From a virus (taxonomy: Duplodnaviria; Caudoviricetes), in IMG/VR virus record IMGVR_UViG_3300012232_000245, positions 1-25,911 of that record: DNA of 25,911 bases; one strand, 5' to 3'. The notes beneath the pieces are model-generated. The model worked only from the letters and a program-made list of their open reading frames with translations. It made no database searches and was not told the DNA's origin. A program made the translations under genes and the position numbers. Shown one piece after another: positions 7,587 through 15,329 of this stretch (the stretch's first letter is position 1; each line of letters starts with the position of its first letter).

Positions 7587-8557
7587 AGACCTTCGCCCCG
7601 ATGTTGGCGCAACCGTTGGACTACAAGCGGCACGTTCGCCCGGTACCCAGTGGTTACCTGCCTGATCCACTGGATGGGCAGCCGACGTTTGAGGAACCGC
7701 AGTGGCAGTGGGATGCCGAGGTCAAGCTCGACGGTGTCCGCGTCATCCTCTACCTGGAGAAGAACTGCCGGCACACCCGCGCACTCACCAGGATCAAGGG
7801 TAAGCACACCGGTCAGTACGCGGATAAGGCGACACACCTCGCGTGGGTGAGGAGCGATGACCTGGTGGAGGATACCACGATCATCGATGGCGAGGTCACG
7901 TGGGGCGCGAACAGTCGCGAAACCATGTCGATCCTCGGGTGCCACACCGCTGAGTCCCTCCGCCGTCAGGTCGACAGAGGACCGTTGAAGTTCACCGCCT
8001 TCGACCTCATCATGGCGGGTGGGAAGGACGTGCGCTTCAAGACCTATGAGCAGCGTCGCGCGATCCTGCAGCTGGTGATGTTCGGTTTCATGGAGGACTA
8101 CAAGGACGAGGTCGACATCGTCTACCCTGGTCCCGCGCGTCAACTGTGGGCGCAAGGGTGGGCCAAGGAAGGCATCATGCTGAAGGCACCGATGCACCAG
8201 TACCAGGATGGCATCCGATCCCCAGACTGGATGAAGGCGAAGCGCTTCCGCAAGTTCATCGCTGTTGTGACGGGGTTCCAGTGGGGCAAGAAGGGGAAGA
8301 CCGGACAGATGGAGGGACTCATGGGTTCCCTCTCTGTCTCCATGTTGAACAAGGATGGGATCCTCATCCACGTGGGCGACGTGGGCACGGGCTTCGCGAT
8401 GGTTGAGCGGAGTCCTGGTGCCTGGCCGATGAAGACCGTGGTCGAGGTGGAGAGCAGCGACGTAACCGAAGACAACATCCTCTGGCACCCGAGGTTCGTG
8501 GCCCGTCGGCCAGACCTACGTGTGGAAGATGCGATGCTCACACAGTTGGAGGTCTGA
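7583..8557 (+). CDS. ATP-dependent DNA ligase (minimal adenylation + OB domains)
   Basis: PMLA, motif I EVKLDGVR, III IIDGEV, IIIa FTAFDLI, IV EGIMLK, V WMKAK, OB-fold VGTGF and HPRF. Confidence 0.95.
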   Translation: MKTFAPMLAQPLDYKRHVRPVPSGYLPDPLDGQPTFEEPQWQWDAEVKLDGVRVILYLEKNCRHTRALTRIKGKHTGQYADKATHLAWVRSDDLVEDTTIIDGEVTWGANSRETMSILGCHTAESLRRQVDRGPLKFTAFDLIMAGGKDVRFKTYEQRRAILQLVMFGFMEDYKDEVDIVYPGPARQLWAQGWAKEGIMLKAPMHQYQDGIRSPDWMKAKRFRKFIAVVTGFQWGKKGKTGQMEGLMGSLSVSMLNKDGILIHVGDVGTGFAMVERSPGAWPMKTVVEVESSDVTEDNILWHPRFVARRPDLRVEDAMLTQLEV

Positions 8558-8558
8558 C

Positions 8559-8768
8559 GTGGCAAAGAAGAAGCCTGACCTCGCGGAGCTTGAAGTCACG
8601 CTCCGCGATGCCTTCCAGAAATACCGTCGTCGGTTGGACATGCTGACGAAGGTCAAGGGATTGAACATGTCCACGGAAGAGCTGACCCAGTTCATCGACG
8701 CCATGCACAATGACGACGAGGACATGGCAAAGCGCATCATGAAGATCGCGAGCGTGCGCAATGGCTAG
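8559..8768 (+). CDS. hypothetical helical protein
   Basis: GGAGG at 8548-8552 then GTG 8559 (VAKKKPDLAELE...). Confidence 0.72.
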   Translation: MAKKKPDLAELEVTLRDAFQKYRRRLDMLTKVKGLNMSTEELTQFIDAMHNDDEDMAKRIMKIASVRNG

Positions 8769-8931
8769 CACTGAGGTCCTGAGACAAGACGCCAAGTTGA
8801 AGTACCGCTTCTTCGACCTCCCGGAGCCGATCCGGACAGGTCACTACGCGGAGTTCAACCGCTTGTGCGACGAGCACCGCTGGCACGAGGCCGAGATGAT
8901 GGTGGAGAAGTTGGAGAAGCAGGCCAAATGA
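8761..8931 (+). CDS. hypothetical protein (56 aa, MASTEVLRQDAK...EKLEKQAK), not in the ORF track
   Basis: Translated by hand; fills the gap and ends in an ATGA overlap with 8928. Confidence 0.7.
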   Translation: MASTEVLRQDAKLKYRFFDLPEPIRTGHYAEFNRLCDEHRWHEAEMMVEKLEKQAK

Positions 8932-9830
8932 AGTCCATCACCCTCACGATGCCGTGCGGCCTGGGCGACTGCCACTGGGTCCTGCAACGAATGCGGGCCT
9001 TCCGGCAGTGGCTTGAGCAGCAACACGGCGAGGTCCATCTGGTTGCCCACATCGCCCATGACGAGCACCACAAGAGCACCGAGTTCGTGGAACTCACCGA
9101 CTTCTTCGATGCAACCGTGGAGGACGCCGATGGGATGCGTGGTGTTCGGGATCACCTGAACCCTAAGTTCGCCACGATTACCGGTAGCATCGGCAAGGAC
9201 TCCAAGTCCGGTGGCGCCCACCTGGACTACGCGTTCCAGGCGAACGGCCACCTGGAGCGAGGCCTCCGCATCGAGACGTGGCTCCCGGAGCTGGGTTCGC
9301 TGGACTACACCTATCCGATCCACATCCCACCTGGGACGCTGGCGATGGGTGGGTTCTCCGAGGAACCGCGGATCCTGCTGTATCCCTCCGGCACCGGCCC
9401 GAACAACTACTTCAAGAGCTACTGGACCCGCGACCAGTGGCAGGCGATCGTCAACCTGTTGAACTTCCACGGCCTACGTCCGACGTTCGTGGGCGCGAAC
9501 ACCAGGGACGACACGGGTTACTGGAACAGCCTCAAGCTGACCGGTGACTTCGAGGACCTGATCGGCAAGACCAACCTCCACCAGTACCTCGCCCTAATCC
9601 TCAACTGCCGGGTGTGGATGGGGTTGAACTCCGGTGGTGGGATCATCTCCGGGTCACAGGGTCGTCACACCATCATGCTCTGGTCCGACGCCGAGTATGG
9701 TGGTCGTCTTCACCCGAACATGGCCACGTCCTGGCTCCCGTTGAACCAGGACTGGTATCGCTCGTTCTCCTACGGCAAGAAGGGCATGGAACAAGAAGCC
9801 GCAGATCGGCTTGTGGAGGTGCTGCGATGA
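8928..9830 (+). CDS. GT-B glycosyltransferase, GT9 (heptosyltransferase)-like
   Basis: N-terminal GLGD motif, KSYWTRDQWQAIVNLL, DLIGKTNLHQYLALI..C...MGLNSG.......G..TIMLW parallel the GT9 consensus. Confidence 0.82.
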   Translation: MKSITLTMPCGLGDCHWVLQRMRAFRQWLEQQHGEVHLVAHIAHDEHHKSTEFVELTDFFDATVEDADGMRGVRDHLNPKFATITGSIGKDSKSGGAHLDYAFQANGHLERGLRIETWLPELGSLDYTYPIHIPPGTLAMGGFSEEPRILLYPSGTGPNNYFKSYWTRDQWQAIVNLLNFHGLRPTFVGANTRDDTGYWNSLKLTGDFEDLIGKTNLHQYLALILNCRVWMGLNSGGGIISGSQGRHTIMLWSDAEYGGRLHPNMATSWLPLNQDWYRSFSYGKKGMEQEAADRLVEVLR

Positions 9831-10018
9831 GGAAGCGGACGTTGGAGTTTTACACGACCAACGGCAAGTGGAACTGGCGCTACATTGGCCTCAACGGTGA
9901 GGTGATGGGCGGCCACAACCAGGGCTACAACCGTCTCTCCGACTGCAAGAAGTCGGCGAACATCGTGACCGGTGATCAGGTCAAGCGTGGACTCGTCCAC
10001 GTGGTCGTGAGCCAGTGA
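9827..10018 (+). CDS. YegP/DUF1508-like small protein
   Basis: EFY...GKWNWR....NGEVM...QGY...SDCKKS pattern; coupled at both ends. Confidence 0.7.
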   Translation: MRKRTLEFYTTNGKWNWRYIGLNGEVMGGHNQGYNRLSDCKKSANIVTGDQVKRGLVHVVVSQ

Positions 10019-10311
10019 AGAAGTCCAAGTTCCTGGAGCGGTTGATGGGGTGCCAGCCGGTCCTGAACCGCGCCGGCGTCTCGAACTTCACCGACCGCTA
10101 CGCGGAGCTGGAGAAGGCGAGTGGCGTCGACTTGTCCAAAGCCACCAAGTGGCTGAAGGCGATCGAGCGGGCGTGCGCCGAGGAGGCGGACGTCTACAAG
10201 GACATGTCGCCTACGGCGTGGAAGAACCTGGCGTTCATGCACCCGGGTTCCGCCGACCTGAAGCGTCTCCGCGGTCTGCGGACGGCGGTCAAGAAGATCT
10301 GGAAGTCGTAG
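10015..10311 (+). CDS. hypothetical protein, last gene of the + strand block
   Basis: GTGA-coupled start; strong G/C third-position bias. Confidence 0.75.
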   Translation: MKKSKFLERLMGCQPVLNRAGVSNFTDRYAELEKASGVDLSKATKWLKAIERACAEEADVYKDMSPTAWKNLAFMHPGSADLKRLRGLRTAVKKIWKS

Positions 10312-11074
10312 CCTCCGGTGGCACCGTGTGCTTGGCGAGTCGCTGCTGACCCTCCAAGTTATCGGCACTCCCAGCCCGGTGCCACCACACCAGACGTAGC
10401 TTGCGCACGTAAGCGACGGCATCCAGGTGCTGGTTGATGACCGAGTAGTTCCCGTCCCCGTTCCGCTTGGTCAAGCCGAGCGACGGCGCGTAGTCGTCCC
10501 GCCCGTTGTCGTACCCGTCGAACCCCACCATGACGACGGTACGGATGCCCCAGAACGCCATCATCTCCAAGGCCACCGGCGCGGTCTCGTGACCCGGCGT
10601 CGCGTGCTTTCCCCACTCGTAGATGGCCTTCCGCTCGAACGGCTGCTCAATGTGGTTCGGCTGGAGGCACGCGATCACGTCTGGCAGCCGTCCCTGCGTG
10701 AGCGCCCGCAACGGTGTCTCGTCGAGCGCGAAGAGGTACTTGCAGGGGAAGCGCAGCGCGGCCTCGTTGATCCCTACGGGGATCACGTGCCAGCGCGCCT
10801 TCTTGTACTCCGTGATGAAGCGGTCAAGGCTGGGACCCTTGCCGAGCAACAGACCCACCATGCCTTCGTGAACGCCACGGAGCTGATCCATTTGGAGGAC
10901 CAGCTGGTGTCCCTTTGGGATCTCACGCCAACGAAGCTCGTTCGGGCGGGTGCGGATCATCGAGCGATCGAGGAACGCCTCGATGGCGGGGTTGGGTTTC
11001 GTCAGCCAGATGGAACCATCGGGATCCCGTCGGAGGCCCTCACAGTTCTTGCAACCTGGGATCTGGATGGTCAT
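10289..11074 (-). CDS. Maf/MptE-like (DUF115-type; CstII-like fold) putative sugar transferase
   Basis: LLLGKGPSL, VGINEAA, YLFALD, TA.VALEMMAFWGIRTVVMVGFDGY. Start at the ATGA overlap 11074. Confidence 0.75.
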   Translation of the reverse strand: MTIQIPGCKNCEGLRRDPDGSIWLTKPNPAIEAFLDRSMIRTRPNELRWREIPKGHQLVLQMDQLRGVHEGMVGLLLGKGPSLDRFITEYKKARWHVIPVGINEAALRFPCKYLFALDETPLRALTQGRLPDVIACLQPNHIEQPFERKAIYEWGKHATPGHETAPVALEMMAFWGIRTVVMVGFDGYDNGRDDYAPSLGLTKRNGDGNYSVINQHLDAVAYVRKLRLVWWHRAGSADNLEGQQRLAKHTVPPEATTSRSS

Positions 11075-11271
11075 GACATCGCGTCCTTCCATTTCTGTAC
11101 GAGATCGGCATACGTCTCGTAGGTCTCGTATTCATGGTCATGTGTCTTCAGGTGAAACCAACCGAAGCCCTTCGGTCCAGACCACACATGACTGATGTCT
11201 CTGACATCGATGCTCATCGTCCCGTGGGCCACGCAGTTCACTTCTATGATGTACTTATCGTCGCCCGCCAT
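11071..11271 (-). CDS. hypothetical protein
   Basis: GAGGTG upstream of ATG; stop coupled to the next gene. Confidence 0.72.
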   Translation of the reverse strand: MAGDDKYIIEVNCVAHGTMSIDVRDISHVWSGPKGFGWFHLKTHDHEYETYETYADLVQKWKDAMS

Positions 11272-11279
11272 GGGTCACC

Positions 11280-12086
11280 TCATAGGTCAGGTGGAGGATC
11301 AGGTGGGACGTAGCCTCCCTGTCCCGTATTCGGACATCCACCCGCAGCGATGACGCTCGGAGCGTTGGCCCACCCGTTGAAGCAGAGGAATGACGGGCTG
11401 GAACCGCGGTACTGGAGGAGATCCGTGGTGACGCCCGCGGTGAATGCAGGCCAGTCTCGTCCCGCGGTTAGCCTGGTAGCGGTGCCGTCATTTGGATGAC
11501 CGTATCCGACCTCTACCTGGAACTTGATGGGGAACCAGAGGTCCACAGGTGCGCCAGGAGGTCCACCCATGAAGTAGTACAGCTGGCTACCACCAGGGAA
11601 CTCGTTGATCATGTTCCCGAACTCGTTACTGAACCCCAGCGCCCAACCACCACTCACGGCATTGAAGCCCGTCCCACCTTGACCGATTGAGGAGATCACA
11701 CCGGATGGAGTACGAGAGGGAGGAGAGGTCCCGTAGTATGCCAGGAAGTACCCGCCACGCCAGAGACCCCGGACTCGCCAGGCGCGGTAAGGGAGACCGT
11801 TCGCGATCTGTGCGTTGTTGAAGTATGAGGACAGGTCGATGTTCGCCATGTTGTCAGCGTAGAACCCAGACCACGTGAACGTTCCGAGCACCGCAGGTGG
11901 AGGGCCATCACTGAGGGAGAACGGTGAGTCGGCGGCGTAGTGGTTCACGTCCTCCGCGATGAGGACACGACCAGTCTCAGCGAAGTACTCGTCTGCGGTG
12001 GGGATGTGGAGCGGTTCATCTCCACGGATACCGCGCAGGTGTGGGAGCTCGTCGAGGTACCGGTTCTTCGTTCCGTCAACAGGCAT
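11280..12086 (-). CDS. Gly/aromatic-rich protein, possibly virion/tail-tip associated
   Basis: 268 aa from ATG 12086; composition and position downstream of the hub gene; function is inference. Confidence 0.6.
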   Translation of the reverse strand: MPVDGTKNRYLDELPHLRGIRGDEPLHIPTADEYFAETGRVLIAEDVNHYAADSPFSLSDGPPPAVLGTFTWSGFYADNMANIDLSSYFNNAQIANGLPYRAWRVRGLWRGGYFLAYYGTSPPSRTPSGVISSIGQGGTGFNAVSGGWALGFSNEFGNMINEFPGGSQLYYFMGGPPGAPVDLWFPIKFQVEVGYGHPNDGTATRLTAGRDWPAFTAGVTTDLLQYRGSSPSFLCFNGWANAPSVIAAGGCPNTGQGGYVPPDPPPDL

Positions 12087-12447
12087 TGAGGACCCCGTTG
12101 GTGAGGATCGCGTGGTACGTTTCTGGGTCTCCCATGCGGATGGAGGGCGAAACACTGAAGGTCGCCGGGTTACGAGGATCTCCGGTCCTCGTCCAAGGGC
12201 AAGCGTAGTGTCCGCGCTCCTTGGAATACCCAGGACCATCGATCACCCACGGCCCATCGGGCGTCACCACGGTGATGCACATGTTGTCGCCGTAGGTGTG
12301 GTAAAGAGGGACCATGTCTCCTTCCCTCAACCAACCAGCATCGTAGAGTGCGCCAGGTCCGAACATGGTCGGGTGGAGCATCCTCTCACCGGTATCGGGA
12401 CGGACCCAACCATGGTCACACCGTTCCACCCAGAAGCACTTGATCAT
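12076..12447 (-). CDS. DUF6527-like protein
   Basis: WTRTGDP....FSVSPSI......YHAILTNGVL C-terminal pattern; ATGA coupled to the hub gene stop. Confidence 0.6.
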   Translation of the reverse strand: MIKCFWVERCDHGWVRPDTGERMLHPTMFGPGALYDAGWLREGDMVPLYHTYGDNMCITVVTPDGPWVIDGPGYSKERGHYACPWTRTGDPRNPATFSVSPSIRMGDPETYHAILTNGVLNAC

Positions 12448-15329
12448 GCGAGCACCCGCGGGCGGATCAACGGGAGGTAGCCAACCCATTGCGTGCCGAG
12501 GCGGAAGACGATGAGCCATGTTCCCGCGGTGATCTTCGCAGTGGTGGCCAACGCCGGGGTTCTCACCGAGATGTCCTCATCACCGGCGCCTGCGAAGTCC
12601 GCGGTCCTGTACAGGCGGCAGGAGATCGCGGTCTTGTCTGCGGTGTCCGTCTTCACCCTCGCGGAGGCGAACGGTGAGGTAGAGATGCCACGACTCCAGT
12701 AGGTCCCGTCTGAGGACCTGAAGACGAGGACGATGTCTCCGACCACCACGTTGGCGTCGGACCCTACCAGTTGAACCGTGGCACCGTTCACCAGTAGCTG
12801 CGAGACAACCCCGTCTTCCTCGTCGGTCTGCTTCTCGAACAGGTCCGCGGTGAATGACCCGGTTCCTACCGCGGAGACCTGGGCGAAGAACGCGGCGGAA
12901 CCTGAGGTCCCTGGCAGCGCGTAGAACGTACCATCCTGGGCCTTGTGGATCACCACCACGTCGCCGACCTCGACCGGGTGGGAGTCCGAGAGGTTCAGAA
13001 CGGAGACCGACTGTTCGATGACGGTTCCAGTGGCAGCACCGGTCTTGTAGAGCTTCGCGTTGAAGATCCCGCTGATGGGGTCTGAGGAGACCGTCACCTC
13101 ACCCACATGGGTCTCCAGCTCCTGGAGGCTGAAGTCCAGCGGTCCGACCTCAATCACCTCGGCGACGTCGTCGGCGTCGGTGATAGACAGGTCGGCGGGC
13201 CGAGTATCGCCGCTGTCGTCGAGGTACGCGAACTCGGACGGGTCGCATGATCCAGCCTCCACCGGCGTCCACAGCAGGGCTGCGATCTGACACTCGTCGC
13301 TGTCATGCTCGAGAGACTCGATCACAGCGTTCGTCACCAGTTCCTCGAGGATGGACTTCACGTCGTCGTACACCGTCTGATCGATCGCGTCGAGGTCCCC
13401 AACGACCCGGAGTTTCCGCCATACCCGTGACCACCGGTTGAACCAGAACTGCGCGGTCTTCTGTACCAGCCGCTTGTGCCGGTAGACGTAAATCTCCAGC
13501 TCCTTCTTCTTGCGACCATACGAGGTGACCGACGACTCGCTCTTGTAGTGCAACCGCTCTGGGTGGGCCTGTGATCCTCGCTTGTGCCAGATGACCCACA
13601 GATCGTTGACGAGCTCCGTGAGCTCGGTGCTCGTCAGCTGGAGGGTTCCCTCAAGAGCCGTGTCCACATCGTAGGTGAACGAGACGGACGTGGGTTCTGT
13701 CGACAGGTACTTGAGGAAGGCCGTGGAGCCGAGGACCACGAGACCACAACGACCCTGGAAGGCGATGTCGTTGGCTAGGACTAACGCGTCCTTGCGGTCC
13801 AACACCGCGAAGTTCATCGGGTACTTCTCGCACGTATCGAACACCGCGTCGAACGAGGCACTGTCCTCCGTGAGACCAGCCTCCGCGATGAGTTGGCCGA
13901 TGATGTCGGCGATGTTGGGACCCCACTGCGACCTAGCCGTGACGTAGACCTCATCATCCCAACCAGAGCCGCGGCTGGAGAGGGGTTGCTCGAACGTCAA
14001 CGTTGTGCAGGCGTGGTCGGCCAGGTTGTCGTTCAGCGTCACCGTGTAGAAGCTGGGAGGGACGACCACGAGCTTCCGCTGCTTCCCACCACGCTCGTCG
14101 AGCTTCACGTCACGCCAGGCGCGGACCTGAAGCACCGCCTCCACCGGGATGTCCGACACCACGTACTTCACATCCGTCACCAGGCGGACATCGGTACCCG
14201 CCGGCCACAGGGTATCGTTGACGTCGAGGACACCCCGGATGTCTGCCTTCGCACCGATATCGATGAACATCAAGCCACCGGGACCGAACCACGGGAGCTG
14301 CGCGCGGGTGGCGTTGCCCTTCTGCATCAGGACGTAGCCCTTGTTACCCACGAAGCTCGGCACGAGGAACTGACCGTAGAGGTGATCCGCGACGAAGCCG
14401 AAGGTGTTGACCGCGCCAGCGTCGATCTGATCTGGGGCGTCGATCAAGAGGAGCCAGTTACCAGCGAGAACCTTACCTTGGGCATCCCACGCGACGTACC
14501 GAGGATCTACCGCCCAGGAACCGTACCCAGCTGGGGCATCTTCCAACGCCGTGAGGACATCACGGCCCTCTGAGAAGATGATGCCCTTGCTGACGTTGCG
14601 AGACTGGATGTCGAAGCGAAGGACCGTGCTGGGGTCTGTGCTGACCTCAGTGAACTGCCCAGTCATCCGCTCGTTCCCTACCTCGATGGTGACCAACTCA
14701 CCGAGCGGGAACTCGACGTTGTCCGCGACCTCCATCTCGAAGCTCTGGTGAAGCGCCTGGAGTTCCCGGGTCAGTGAGCCTTTCGGGGCATCCACCACGA
14801 GGACCGCGGGCACGTCAACCGGCGTCCCGTACAACCTGGGCCAGGTTTTGTTCCACGCGAACTCCTGGAGATCGGAGTCCTCCTCCGGCGCGAACGGGAC
14901 CTCGGTATCGCTGTTGCTCTCGTAGAGTGCCACCACGTCGAAGGTGAGGGTCTTGTCCTCCTCCTGCCACACCAGCGGACTACCGACGCGGCCGATGAAG
15001 AGCTCGACGTAGTCGGTGATGATCCCATCGTAGATCATCAACACCCGTGCGTGACACCCTTCGAGGCGGGTGGTGCACATGAGGTTCCGCAGGTAGTCGT
15101 CCTCGTCAGAGAGCTTCACGCTGACAGAACCCACCGTCGAGCCGGTCTCGGAGGCCGACGCGTTCAGGCTCCCGATCTCCATGATCCGAGGATCGGTACC
15201 CGGAACGCTGTCATGCTCTGAGAACGTGAGCAACTCTCCATCACCCAGGTCGATCTCGACGAGGATGGAGGCCTCGTGTCCATCCACGGCACGGGCCTTG
15301 GCGAGGAGGCTAGCTGAGATGGTCCTCAC
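12444..15329 (-). CDS. tail tip / baseplate hub protein
   Basis: 961 aa after the Dit-like domain; WPRLYG.P..VPAV, NIADII..L, S..SYG.K..ELEI and RW...W segments typical of hub/central tail proteins. Confidence 0.75.
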   Translation of the reverse strand: MRTISASLLAKARAVDGHEASILVEIDLGDGELLTFSEHDSVPGTDPRIMEIGSLNASASETGSTVGSVSVKLSDEDDYLRNLMCTTRLEGCHARVLMIYDGIITDYVELFIGRVGSPLVWQEEDKTLTFDVVALYESNSDTEVPFAPEEDSDLQEFAWNKTWPRLYGTPVDVPAVLVVDAPKGSLTRELQALHQSFEMEVADNVEFPLGELVTIEVGNERMTGQFTEVSTDPSTVLRFDIQSRNVSKGIIFSEGRDVLTALEDAPAGYGSWAVDPRYVAWDAQGKVLAGNWLLLIDAPDQIDAGAVNTFGFVADHLYGQFLVPSFVGNKGYVLMQKGNATRAQLPWFGPGGLMFIDIGAKADIRGVLDVNDTLWPAGTDVRLVTDVKYVVSDIPVEAVLQVRAWRDVKLDERGGKQRKLVVVPPSFYTVTLNDNLADHACTTLTFEQPLSSRGSGWDDEVYVTARSQWGPNIADIIGQLIAEAGLTEDSASFDAVFDTCEKYPMNFAVLDRKDALVLANDIAFQGRCGLVVLGSTAFLKYLSTEPTSVSFTYDVDTALEGTLQLTSTELTELVNDLWVIWHKRGSQAHPERLHYKSESSVTSYGRKKKELEIYVYRHKRLVQKTAQFWFNRWSRVWRKLRVVGDLDAIDQTVYDDVKSILEELVTNAVIESLEHDSDECQIAALLWTPVEAGSCDPSEFAYLDDSGDTRPADLSITDADDVAEVIEVGPLDFSLQELETHVGEVTVSSDPISGIFNAKLYKTGAATGTVIEQSVSVLNLSDSHPVEVGDVVVIHKAQDGTFYALPGTSGSAAFFAQVSAVGTGSFTADLFEKQTDEEDGVVSQLLVNGATVQLVGSDANVVVGDIVLVFRSSDGTYWSRGISTSPFASARVKTDTADKTAISCRLYRTADFAGAGDEDISVRTPALATTAKITAGTWLIVFRLGTQWVGYLPLIRPRVLA

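Noticed and set aside
11280-12086. Possible DGR target (RGGYF...LGFS resembling C-type lectin motifs)
   Set aside because: No template repeat or reverse transcriptase in the window, and the motifs are not at the C-terminus.
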